A stretch of DNA of 64,000 nucleotides from Squalus acanthias (lineage: Eukaryota), in NCBI GenBank assembly GCA_030390025.1, contig CM059432.1, forward strand, positions 28,646,001 through 28,710,000, written 5' to 3'. The notes beneath the pieces were generated by a model, which saw only the letters and a list, made by a program, of their open reading frames with translations, did no database searches and was not told where the DNA came from. Below, piece by piece: positions 46,960 through 60,100 of this stretch. Every line of letters begins with the position of its first letter. The first letter of the stretch is position 1. The translations under genes and the position numbers were made by a program.

Positions 46960-47720
46960 GGCCTAGAAATTTGGGTGGCCGGCTTGCCGCGGGGGTAAGG
47001 ATCGCGCGCGCTCTTACCTACCGCGCCTGCCGTTGTGTTTCGGGCCCACAGGAACTTCGGGTCCTGGGCCTCTCCCTGGTGCCGGCGCGCAGTGCTTGCG
47101 TGTCCCAGGGGCGCAGTTAGTGCGATGCGACTCCTGGGATCACATGGGCCATGGAGAGCCAATGGCAGCAGACCATCTTTCATTCATAGATTTGACAGGA
47201 GACCTGTCAAATCTATGAATACAAATCGCCCCCAAAAGAACAGCTAAACCTCAAATAAATAAAAAAAAACATCACATTAATAAAATAACTATAGTTAAAT
47301 AAATTAACCACTTTAAACAAAAATTTAAATTTTTGAAAAAATTTAAATTCTTTTTAAAAGTTATAAAAATAAACTTACCTTTCTTTAAAGTCTCTAAAAA
47401 AGATAAACCTGTTGAAAATGTTTTTAAATTATACTTAATTAACTACTTACCTTGTTCAAAAGGGGTCTTACGCCTCCTTTTTACTCGTGTAAAATCTTCA
47501 ATACTTACCCTCGCGTTGAAACCTGAAAAAAAACCTAAGTGTGCTGCGTGCGCGCAGCCTCTAGTGCGCACGCGGTTCACCTAGGAACCGCCCCCTTCGC
47601 CATACCGGAAGTGCCGGTTTCCCGCGCATGCGCAGTGCATGCAGGAAACCGGCACTTCGGGAACGAATACGGGTGAGTACGCAGCGGGTACTCTCCCGTA
47701 TTCGGCCGAATTTTTGGGCC
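46960..47720. mobile_element. Harbinger-type non-autonomous element nested in a CR1 fragment
   Basis: TIRs GGCCTAGAAATTTGG / CCGAATTTTTGGGCC, TSD ATT (46957-46959, 47721-47723). Excision restores the minus-strand CR1 frame VLKKIMALKSDKSPG. Confidence 0.88.
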
Positions 47721-49262
47721 ATTATTTTCTTCAGTACTGTTATTCATTTTACTCAGTTACTGAGTAAAATATGATAATGAAAAATAATTCAGAATGTATT
47801 TTGAGAGAATTGTGGGAACCCAGTACCCATTCTCTATGACCTAGGGACCAGATTGTGCCATCAGAATAATACCAATTTTTCATTATAAATGTGCACATCG
47901 GAATTTATAAAGGAAAATTTGACACAAAAAGTGTGACAAAAATATGACAATAGGAAATCAAGTGACACAGACACGAAGTGTGTGATTTTTAGGTAAGATT
48001 TATGACACCTTATCACATTAATCATTTTTGAAGTGCAGTGACCGTTACTATGTAGACAAGCACAGCAGACCTGTTGCACACAGAAATGTCCCACAAACTG
48101 TAATCAGTTAACTTATTTGTTAATGCTATTGCTTGAGGGAGGAAAGTTCACCAGGAAAGGATTGAGATTGGAGAATAAACTTTGAAAGCATTCTGATATT
48201 GTGCAGCAAAGTGACAAGAGGCCTTAACCCTGCTTGTACCTTTGAGGGCAATGCTGTACATGCCACCAGAGGCAGGGAACACCACCTTGAGAGATGGCTT
48301 CATTTCTTGTCTTCAAGGGCAAAATATGAGACCGGGCCTCAAACCCTCAAATGGGCCCCTTTTTTGAATAGGCATGGGCCCTGGATGCCTATGTTTTTTG
48401 CCTACACCAATATGGCGGGCGGCATACTACCAGCTTGTAATGAGCATGCACTTTTTTCCTCCATATTGGAGACTTAGGAGGCCATTTAGTGCCTGAAAAA
48501 TTGTGCGTCTCCATTCAGTTTCTAGGCTGTAAAATAAATGCGGCAACCTCAGAAATATGATGAGTGATTATCATGCTCACTATTATACATACTGAGTAAG
48601 TCAGATCCTATTTGATTACATGAGATTGCGTTCTTTGATTCTCTCCATTTAAAATGAACTGTACTGGTTTACAGTAACCCAATAGGTCAAACTCTGTTTT
48701 TTATTTTAATGGATTTTCCAGGAATTTTACCAGCATTTTGGTAATTGTATCCCAAGGCACTGCTCATTTTTCAGTCCAGAGATTGATAATTTTTCAGAGA
48801 ACAGATCATCATTTCACAAGTGGAATGGTTTCCAATCCAGGCGCATATCTCCAGTAACAATGGACTCAGTTTTTCCACAAGTGTTTGGTACGAGGGACTG
48901 GGAGTGGGGCTGGGGGGGGAGGGGGAGGGGGGTAGGGGAGGATGGAAGGGAGGAGCGCCCTTTTTGTTGAGCTGATTTCCAAAGTTCTATTTTTGTCCAA
49001 TTACAGGAAACAAACAAAAGGGACTGTAACAGTCAGCTGATCGGGAAAGGCTCAAGCTGACGGAAGCCCCTTTGGTCTCAATCAGCACATCCTGTCTCTG
49101 CTTCCAGTAATAAAGGGAAAAAATCCTTGCAGAACTGTGCCAGTCTTGGCTGGAGTGGTGAGAAACTCTAAATGAATTCAGATCCACTTTTGCGGGCAAA
49201 AATGCCAAGAGGCCAAGACAGGGTCCTTATTAGAAATATGCCTTCCCACAATTCCTCAATTT

Positions 49263-50345
49263 GAATCACAGAATGATAGAATCATACAGCACAGGAGGAG
49301 GCCATTCAACCTATCGTGCCTGTGCCGGCTCTTTGGTAGAGCTATCCAATTAATCCCACTCCTCTGCTCTTTCCCCGTAGCCCTTCAAGTATTTGTTCAA
49401 TTCTCTTTTGAATGTTACGACTAAATTTGCTTCCACCACCCTTTCAGATCACAACAACTTGCTGTGTAACAAAATGATTCCTCATGTCGCTTCTGGCCAA
49501 TCACCTTAAATCTGTGTCCTTTGGTTACCGACCCTTCTGCCACTGGAAATAGTTTCTCCCTACTTGCTCTATCAAAACTGTTGATGATTTTGAACACCTC
49601 TATTAAGTCTCCTCTTAACCTTCTCTGCTCTAAGGAGAACAACCCCAGCTCCTCTAGTCACTCCACATAACTGAAGTCCCTCATCCCTGGTACCATTCTA
49701 GTAAATCTCTTCTGCATCTTCTCTAAGGCCTTGACATCCTTCCTAAAGTGTGTTGCCGAGAGTTGAACACAATACACCTGCTGAGGCCTAACCAATGTTT
49801 TATAAAGGTCTAGCATAACCTCCTTGCTTTCTTACTCTATTCCTCTATTAATAAAGCCAAGGATCCCGTATGCTTTTTTAACAGCCTTCTCAACTTGTTC
49901 TGCCACCTTCAAAGATTTGTGTACATACACCTCCAGGTCTCTCTATTCCTGCACCCCTTTTAAAATTGTACCATTTAGTTCATACTGCCTCATCATTTCA
50001 CACTTCTCTGCGTTAAATTTCATCTGCCATGTGTTTGCCCATTTCACCAGTTTGTCGATGTCCTCCTGAAGTCTCCTCATTGTTTACTATATTTCTGAGT
50101 TTTGTGTCATCTGCAAACTTTGAAATTATGCCCTGTATACCAAGTCCAGGTCATTAATATATATCAAAAACAGCAATGGTCCTGGGGAACACCACTGCAT
50201 AACTCCCTCCAGTCTAAAAAATAACCGCTCAGCACTACTCTCTGCTTTCTGTCCTGTTGCCAATTTTGCATCCATGCTGCCATTGTCCTTTTATTCCCAT
50301 GGGCTTTAATTTTGCTCACAAGTCTATTATGTGGTACTTTGTCAA
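49263..50345 (-). mobile_element. CR1 LINE 3' half, decayed
   Basis: AFDKVPHNRL, GVPQ and FSLEQRRLRGDL on the minus strand; same subfamily as 3745-4940. Confidence 0.92.
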
Positions 50346-51214
50346 ACGCTCCCAGCTTCTCAGAAAGAATGTTTTTTTCCACACTGTGTTCCCTTCCTCT
50401 CTTGAATGCTGGGGTCAGGCTTCATTCATTAAGCTAGAGCGCAGGTGTCAGCAGGCTGCTTGACTGTGGAGGGCATCACAGCGGAAGCTCCTCTCCTCAC
50501 CCAGTTTGCACAGAATGCAGTTTCCAATAGGGTTCATTGGCTACCAATCAGGAGCTGACATCTTGGCAGATTTTCTCATCCCTAGACTTAACTCAGTGCA
50601 GAGCTGGGACTGTACTTGAAACCTTCCAGGTCTGTGTAGCCTAGTACCACACTGAACAACGCATTTTCACACTTAGCCATCAACAAGCTTGTCCTGGTAT
50701 AGTTTAATCGGAAGAATTTACATAAAGCACTTCATTACATCAGATTTATGGCATTACCTAATCTCGTTGATTGTGTTACAAACTGAGACCCAACATACAT
50801 CACGAGTAACCTCCCCCTGTAATTGAGACTGATAACAACTATGTTATCTCATGTACAGAAAGCATTAGTTTTGCTAAATTTAATCTGGTAAGGCCCACAC
50901 CAGATAAATGATAATCACCCTGTCGGTATAAACATTTGTTGAAAGGAAGAGATAAATTTGTGTGTGCCTATTTAATTTCCCCTTTTTTTCTCTAACCGTT
51001 TGCCGATTTTAAATTTCTAACGAATATTACCAGCCTGCTATTTTGCTCCGAGCTCCCACTGATGATCCTGTTGCCTGTGTAATGCACGTCTGGAATTTGC
51101 TCTTGAACACATTGGTGAATTCTCTGTCACTGCCATGGACATCGCCTTTGGCAGAGTCCAGCACTGTGCACGTCTAAATATATCACCCCTTACCAAAGGT
51201 GTGTTCAAAACTAC

Positions 51215-51358
51215 AAAAGCGAAATACTGTGGATGCTGGAAATCTGAAATAAAAACAGAAAATGCTGGAAATACTCAGCAGGTCAGGCAGCATCTGTGGA
51301 GAGAGAAACAGAGTTAACGTTTCAGTTCTGATGAAAGGTCATCGACCTGAAACGTTAA
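51215..51358. mobile_element. Penelope-derived insertion with hammerhead motif
   Basis: Antisense arm as in 9030-9135, then CAGTT-CTGATGA-A-AGGTC ATC GACCT-GAAA-CGTT-AA. Degenerate direct repeat gtg(t/a)ttcaaaa(g)ctac on the flanks. Confidence 0.8.
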
Positions 51359-52797
51359 ATGTGTATTCAAAAGCTACCCAGTTGTCTCTTAAATTGCGTT
51401 TGATCTCAGTTCATCCTCTGACTCTTAACATTAACTCAGGTCTTGTCCTCCCTCTCACTCTATCCCTTCTTCATGCAATGACCTCCTCCGCTCCACATTT
51501 AATCAGCAACACTCTTGTTCCGATGATTCCTTTCTCCATTCAGTGAATTCACATTGCATATCTTCAGTGCTGACAACCTTTCAGTCAGCACAATGGCTGA
51601 ATCACTAGGTCTTGATCTCCTCTGTGTCCCAGTGGACAATGAAAATCTAATCTTTCAATTTTTTTGAAGAGACAGGGTCTAGAATTCTACTCAGGCCCCG
51701 GGAGGCATCGCCAACATAACTGTCAGAAGGGGGAGGGGGACCTAAAAACTAGGATTATGTCCTGTGGAAAGAAGGCTAGTGGGAAGGGGTGTCTGGGGGA
51801 CATCCTGGACGACCCATGAAATTCCATTCAGTGCACCACCTAATAGACCCAATGGCTTGGCAGGCGTGGGTTCTATTATGCACCTTCCAAAAGCCCCAAA
51901 ATACCTCAGGGAAAAGGTAATCAACCCCGAGTGGATAAATTACCTTGACAAGATGGCCCAGTAGCTCCTTTGGGAGCTGAAGACTTGTGCAGCAGTATTT
52001 CTGCTGGGATCTTTCAGGGCTGCCTTTGTTCTGTTGGAGCAGCATAGTGACCCATTGATAGTCAAGGCCTCCTCACCGGCAGCACTGCTAGTGTTCCCTT
52101 ACAAGCATGATTCACCTGCCCTGACTGAGTTAATGCTGATGACCCCATAGGCTTTGCTCTGTCACACTTCAGTTGGTACAACTAGGGAGGTGCAACTCAA
52201 GGGCAATTAGGGATGGGCAATAAATGCTGGTGTTGTCAGCGACGCCCACATCGCGTGAATGAATATTAAAAAAAAATCGGAATTTTGGTTTCTCAAGCAT
52301 TAAATAAACAGCTGCTTCCTCATATCTTTGAAAGTCCCAGCCCAAGTCCTTCATCTGTCAGCATTCTTGGCCTCACCACGTGATCTTGAGTGGAACTCCC
52401 TTCTCCATTGTTAAAGCTGTCTCCAAGAAGTTTCTTTCCAGCAAATCAAAGCTGTGAAACATTCTTAGCCGCACATTTTGTGTCAGGTTCTGCTGGTAAA
52501 TCAGTCTAACCTGGGGGCACAAAGGAGGAATATCAGCTGCCAGAAGTGATATCTGGCGCTTAATATGCCTGCCCAAATATGTAGATACAATGTACTTCCC
52601 GTCATTTGCACCCTAGCAACGCTGGGCACAAGGGACACCTGTGCATCACTGCTGTTCACCATCGCTGAGGGCCTTTGGGTTAAATTTTACGGCAAATACA
52701 GAAACCGGCAGAGCAGACAACCTGCAGCAGATGCCCCAATAACACTGTAAATGGCTCTGACACTCACCCAGACTATTAAAATGCTCCCTCCCCTCGG

Positions 52798-53262
52798 TGT
52801 CAGCCATGGCTCAGTGGTAGCACTTTTGCCTCCGAGTCAGAAGGCTGTGGATTCAAGTCCCACTCCAGAGACTCGAACACAAAATCTCGGCTGACATTGC
52901 AGTGCAATACTGAGGGAGTGCTGCACTGTTGGAGGTGCTGACTTTCCGATGCGATGTTAAACCGAGGCCCCGTCTGTCCTCTCAGGTGGACGTAAAAGAT
53001 CCCATGGCACTATTTAGAAGAAGAGGGGTGATCTCTCCGGTGTCCTGGCCAATATTTATCCCTCAATCAACATCACAAAAACAGATTATCTGCTCATTAT
53101 GGCAGTACTGCTTATGGGACCTAGCTGTGTGCAAACTGGCTGCTGCCAATTTTTCTATATTATAACAGTGACTACACATCAGAAAATGTACTGGCTGTAA
53201 AGCGCTTTGGGATGTCTGAGATGTGAAAGCCGCTGTATGAATCCAAGCCTTTCTTTCTTTCT
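52798..53262 (+). mobile_element. Deu-domain SINE, full length
   Basis: Colinear with 37180-37645. Confidence 0.88.
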
Positions 53263-54477
53263 CCTCAGGGTGGAGTCAATGGCTCAGGCAAGGGACAGGG
53301 GCATCCGCACTCTTACGCTCCACAGGAATTTCCAGCCCCTTCTCTATCTCAGACTTTCTATCCCCTTACAATCTTCAGTCATTTAAAACCTAAGGTTGGT
53401 TACACGCAATCACTGCTTAATTTACTTTTACATCCTCCTACTATTTTCAGCCTTGGTGGTGCCCTTCACTGCAGGCCTAAGGTTCTGAATAAATCTGACT
53501 GATTTTGGGTTGATTCGGTTAGAGTGAGATTGCAATACAGGCAGCACTGAGACAGATCAGTCACCAGATTAGTTTTGTTTACTATTGTTAATTTACGAGA
53601 ATAAAGTCAAAACAGGATCTGGCCAGACCCCCATCTGGAATAATGTGTACAGTCTGATCACCTAATCAGAGGAAGGATATAAGTGTTTTGAAGGCGAGCA
53701 ACTAAAATGATTCCAGTATCAGGAATTTAAGTTATGAGGAGAATCTCAGGAAGTTGAGTTTGTTTTCGTTGGAAAAGGAATTTTGAGATTTCCAAAACTA
53801 CAAAGGAAATTGACAAAGTTGATCCAGGCACAATGTTCACTGGCAAACAACTCAAATACCATCGAACACAAGTTAGAAATGAGGAAGTTAGGGGTAAGAA
53901 GCAGAATCAGGTGGAATGTCTTTTTAACAACTTTGTAGGAAAAGCTACAGGGAAAGCCATCGAAATGGGTTCTAGAGGCAATTAGATTTGTTTCAGGAGA
54001 AAGAAAGGATTGAGGAACCTGAGGAGAAATTCAATGAGTCCGTGCTTCTCGTGCTGAAGCTTGCCAGAGGGGAACACAGGTTGGTGCATTGAGGCTACAG
54101 TATTGTAGCCTGTTTCTGATGTGTCCTATCTAATGAGGCTTGGTGCAGGATTGCTGAATAAAGCCATGGTGAGAAGCTGGGTAGGCCAATCACAAAATAC
54201 TTCCAGGGTCGAATGACCTTTTCCTGTTTCTCAAATTCTTATGATATCAATAATGCTCTTTTAATAGAAACACATTTATCCAATACTGGGTGTATGCATA
54301 TATGATGCTGTCCAGTTTTATTAACTCAATAGTGTCCTGGCTGTTTGCATCCTCTTTAGGAAATTAATCTCACTACAGTCTAACGTCAGTGGTGGGCAAA
54401 CCAGATTCCAGTCTTTTTTTTAAAAAACAATAATTAAAATACTTTGCTAACTCTAAAAATGCTTGTCAAGTACAAAA

Positions 54478-55625
54478 TTACTTGGAGAAGCATGGTTTAA
54501 TAAGGGACAACCAGCACAGATTTGTTAAAGGCAAATCATGTCTGACTAACCTGATTGAGTTCTTTGATGAAGTAATAGCAAAGGTTGATGAGGGTAGTGC
54601 AGTAGATGTTGTGTATATGGACTTTCAAAAGGCATTTGATAAAGTACCACATAACAGACTTATTCGGAAAATAGAAGCACATGGTATTAAAGGGACAGTG
54701 GTAACTTGGGTACGTAATTGGCTAAAGGATTGGAGGCAGAGAATAGTGGTGAATGGATGTTTCTGACTTGAGAGAAGTATGCAGTGGGGTCCCCCAGGGG
54801 TCGGTATGTGAACCATTGCTTTCCTTGTTATATATAAATGACCTGGACTTGGGTATAGGGAGTACAATTGTGAAGTTTGTGGAGATACAAAACTTGGCAA
54901 TGCAGTAAATAGTGAGCAGGATAGTAGCAGACTGCAGGGGGACATAGACAGACTGGTGAAATGGGCAGACACATGGCAGATGCAATTTAATGTAGATATG
55001 TGTGAAATGATGCACTTTGAGCGGAACAACATGGAGAGGCAGTATAATCTAAATGGTAATATTTTGAGGGGGGTGTAAAAACAGAGGGACCTGGGGGTAT
55101 AAATTCACAAATCTTTGAAGGTGGCAGGGCAAGTTGATAAGGTAGTTAAGAAAGCATATCTGAAACTTGGCTTTATTAACAGGGGCACTGAATACAAAAC
55201 AAGGAAGTCATGCTAAACCTTTGCAAATCTCTGGTTAGGCCTCCGCTGGAGTATTGTGTACAATTCTGGGCACCATACTTTAGAAAGGATGTCAAGGCCT
55301 TGGATAGGGTAGAGAGGAGATTTACCAGGATGATACCAGGATGAGGGGTTCAGTTATGTGGAGAGATCAGAGAAACTGGGGTTGTTCTCTTTCGAGCAGA
55401 GAAGGTTAAGGGGAGACCTAATAGAGGTATTGAAAATCATAAGGGGTTTTGGCAGAGCAAGTAGGGAGAAACTATTTCCTCTGGCAAGTGGGTCAGCAAT
55501 GAGAGGTCATAGATTTAAAATAATTGGCAAAAGAAAGATCTAGAGGCAAAATTAGGAGAAATTTCTTCAACAGAGGGTTGTTAAGATCTGGAATGCATTA
55601 CCTGAAAGTGTGTTGGAGTCAGACA
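54478..55625 (+). mobile_element. CR1 LINE RT 3' half, decayed
   Basis: KGKSCLTNLIEFF, DFQKAFDKV, RRLRGDLIEV. Confidence 0.92.
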
Positions 55626-56849
55626 AAACTGACTCTAATTTGGCACTTGTTGACAATTCCATTCAAAGAGCCCTCAAGAATAGCTGGTGTAGGAAATGGA
55701 AATGTGAAATTGGTACAAAGAGGCTGCTCTTCTGAGGCTGTGACAAAGGTACATTGCCAGGGAGCAAAGCAGAAGGAGCTTTACTCTACATCTCACAATG
55801 ACAGAGGGTGTCTGAATAGCAAAGGGTTCAATTTCCCTCTTCCATCATACCTTCTTATAAACTTCGATGTGATTCAGGCCAATGCTACTCAATAACCAGC
55901 CTACTAAATGATGTATGAGAGTCGGCCTTGTATGACTGGGCTTCCTGACTTCACTATGAGATAGTGACTAGCCTTCACTCAGTGTCATGGGATGGCTAAC
56001 ATTAGAAGCCCACTTTGTGAAAAATCATACGCATGAACCAGAGTCCTCATACGTTAGATGACAACCGATTGTTTTTCTAGCACAAAAATTGCAGTACTAT
56101 ACAGGAGGTCCAAGTTTACAGGAATGATATTGGGACAAGCTGCAACATACAGGAGAATCCTAACTCTGCATTTGAGATTATGCAAATTGTTTTCAAATGA
56201 CTTGAAAACCCCCGAGGCCAAGAGGAAGTGAAAGTGGTTGATGGGATTTTACCCTCACTCTTCCTCAGTGGACCAGTGAGTACTTTCAATGCTTAATGTG
56301 CTACTGGAGATCAAGAAGGCCCATGAATTCATTACCGGTTTGTTCCTGAGTTAGCTACTCTCAGTCAGTGCCTTAGTGTCCCTTAGATTTTGGAGGGGAG
56401 AATCAGCCTTTGTTTTCTCTCCTGATTTCTCTGCAATGATTCCTGTTGGAAAGTGAACAGGTGTTGATGTCAGGCGCTAGCAGGATTGGATCAGCCTGTG
56501 ATGCCCCCCTCCCCGCACCGCCCCCACCACCCCCCCGACCCATGGTGGATAGTTTGCCGAGATTTACTGACTAGATTCCAGCACAAAGAATAGCGACCTG
56601 GACAAAGGATTGGAAGGCTGTTGGTAGCTGTGGAACCCTAATCCAAAACTAGGGGCCAGAAATATAAGATAGTCACCAATAGATCCAATAGGGAATTCAG
56701 GAGAAACTTCAGAGAGTGGTTAGAATGTAGAACTCGCTACCACAAAGGAATAGTTGAGGCAAATAGCATAGATGCATTTAAGGGAAAGATAGATAGACAC
56801 ATGAGGGAGAAAGGAATAGTAGGTTATGCTGATAGGGTTAGATGAAGAG

Positions 56850-57140
56850 GTTAAACGCGTCTGCCCTCTCAGGTGAACATAACAAAAATCACATGGTACT
56901 ATTTCGCAGAAGAGAAGGGGAGTTCTCCCTGGTGTCCTGGCCAATATTTATCCTTCGACCAACATCACTAAAATAGATTATCTGGTCAGTATTACATTGC
57001 TATTTGTGGGACATTGCTGTGTGCAAATTGGCTGCCACATTTCCCTACATTACAACAGTGACTACATTTCAAAAGTACTTAATTGGCTGTAAAGCACTGT
57101 GGGACATCCTGAGGTCATGAAACACACTATATCAATGCAC
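56850..57140 (+). mobile_element. Deu-SINE 3' part
   Basis: ggtgtcctggccaatattt...gtgcaaattggctgcc...gctgtaaagcact. Confidence 0.8.
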
Positions 57141-57183
57141 ATCTGTTAACCTTTTTAGTACTGGCTATTCTGGTGAAGAGTCC

Positions 57184-60100
57184 CATAGAAACATAGAAAC
57201 ATAGAAGATAGGAGCAGGAGTAGGCCATTCGGCCCCTCGACCCTGCTCCGCCATTCGATGAGATCATGGCTGATCATCCAAACTCAGTACCCTGTACCTG
57301 CCTTCTCCCCATATCCCTTGATACCTTTAGCTTTATGAAATATATCTAACTCATTCTTGATTATATTTAATGACTTGGCCTCAACTAACTTCTGTGGTAG
57401 AGAATTCCACAGGTTCACCACTCTCTGGGTGAAGAAATTCTTCCTCATTTCTGTCCTAAATGGCTTACCCCTTATCCTTAGATTATGACCCCTGGTTCTG
57501 GACTCTCCGACCATCGGGAACAGTCTTCCTGCATCTAGTTTGTCCAGACCTGTCAGAATTTTATATGTTTCGATGAGATCCCCTCTCATTCTTCTATACT
57601 CCAGAGAGTATAAGCCCAATCGACCCAATCTCTCCTCATATGTCATTCCTGCCATCCCAGGTATCAGCCTTGTGAATCTTCACTGAACTCCTTCCATGGC
57701 AAGAACATCCTTCCTCAGATAAGGCGACCAAAACTGCACACAGTACTCAAGGTGTGGTCTCACCAAGGCCCTGTACAACTGCAGCAGGACATCCCTGTTC
57801 CTATACTCAAACCCTTTCGCTATGAAGGCCAACATACCATTTGCCTTCTTCACTGCCTGCTGCACCTGCATGCTTACCTTCAGCGACTGGTGCACCCAGG
57901 ACACCCAGGTCTCGTTGCACTTCCCCTTCTCCCAATCTATTGCCATTCAGATAATAGTCTGCCTTTCTGTTTTTGACACCAAAGTGGATAACCTCGCATT
58001 TATCCACGTTATATTGCATCTGCCACGCTTCTGCCCACTCACCCAACCTGTCCAAATCATCCTGGAGTTTCTCGGTATCCTCCTCACAGCACACACGCCC
58101 ACCCAGCTTTGTGTCATCTGCAAACTTGGAGATATTACATTTAGTTCCCTTATCTAGATCATTAATGTATATTGTGAATAGCTGGGGTCCAAGGACCGAT
58201 CCCTGTGGTACCCCACTAGTCACTGCTTGCCACTCGGAAAAAGACCCATTAATTCCTACTCTCTGCCTTCTGTCCGCCAACCAGTTCTCTATCAAAGTCA
58301 ATACCTTGCCCCCAATCCCATATGCCTTAACTTTACACGCTAATCTCTTATGCGGGACCTTATCGAAAGCCTTTTGAAAGTCCAAATACACCACATCTAC
58401 TGGTTCTCCCTTATCTATTTTCCCAGTTACATCCTCAAAATATTCCAGTAGATTAGTCAAGCACGATTTACCTTTTGTAAATCCATGTTGACTTTGTCCG
58501 ATCCTGTCACTGTTTTTCAAGTGCTCAGTTATTACATCCTTTATAATGGACTCTAGCATTTTCCCCACTACTGATGTCAGGCTTACCGGTCTGTAATTCC
58601 CCGCTTTCTCTCTACCACCCTTTTTGAATAGTGGGGTAACATTAGCTACCCTCCAATCCATGGGTACAGTTCCAGATTCCATCGAATGTTTGAAGATGAT
58701 CAGCAATGCATCTACTATTTCTAGGGCGACTTCCTTAAGTACCCTAGGATGTAGATTATCAGGCCCTGGGGATTTATCGGCCTTCAATCCCGTCAATTTC
58801 CCTAACACAATTTCCCTGCAAATACTGATTTCTTTCAGTTCCTCCCTTTCATCAGACCGTATGTTCTCCAACATCTCTGGGAGGTTATTTGTGTCCTCCT
58901 TTGTGAAGACAGAACCAAAATAGGCATTTACTGTAATTGGTCTGCCATTTCTTTGTTCCCCAGTATAACTTCCCCCGCTTCTGACTGCAAGGGACCTACA
59001 CTTGATTTCACTAATCTTTTTCTCTTCACATATCTATAAAAGCTCTTAGTCAGTTTTTATGTTCCCTGCAAGCTTACTTTCATATTCTATTTCCCCCTTC
59101 TTAATTAATCCCTTTGTCCTCCTTTGTTGAATCCTAAACTGCTCCCAATTCTCAGGGTTACCGCTTTTTCTGGCCAATTTATATGCCCTCTCCTTGGATC
59201 TTATGCTATCCCTAATTTCCCTTGTTAGCCACGGTTGAGTCACCCTTTTTGTTTTATTCTTATGCCACACTGGGATGAACAAATTCTGTAGTTCATCCAT
59301 GCAGTCTTTGAATGTTTGCCATTGCCTATCCACCGTCAACCCTTTGAGTGACATTCCCCAATCAATCCTACCCAATTCGCGCCTCATACCATCGTAGTTT
59401 CCTTTATTTAAATTCAGGACCCTAGTCTCTGATTCAACTACTTCACTCTCCATCCTAATGAAGAATTCTATCATATTATGATCACTCTGACCCAAGGGGC
59501 CTCGTACAACAAGATTGCTAATTAATCCTTTCTCGTTACAAAATACCCAGTCTAAGATGGCCTGATCTCTGGTTGGTTCCTCGACATATTGTTCCAGAAA
59601 ACCATCCCGTAAACATTCTAGGAATTCCTCCTCCACAGTATTTTTACTAATTTGGTTAGCCCAATCTATATGTAAATTAAAGTCACCCATGATGACTGCT
59701 GTGCCCTTACTGCATGCTTCTCTAATTTCCCTTTTAATGCCGTCCCCAACCTCCGTATTACTGTTTGGAGGTCTATATACCACTCCCACTAATGTTTTCT
59801 GCCCCTTGTTATTTCTCAGTTCTACCCATACAGATTCCACATCATCAGAGCTAATATCCTTCCTTTCAATTGTGTTATCCCCTCTTTAACCAGCAATGCT
59901 ACCCCACCTCGCTTTCTTTTTTGCTTATCTTTCCTAAATATTGAATACCCCTGGATGTTGAGTTCCCAACCTTGGCCACCCTGGAGCCATGTTTCTGTAA
60001 TCCCAATCATAACCGTATTCATTTACCTCTATTTGCGCAGCTAATTCATCCACCTTGTTCCGAATGCTCCTTGCATTAAGACACAAAGCCTTCAGGCTTG

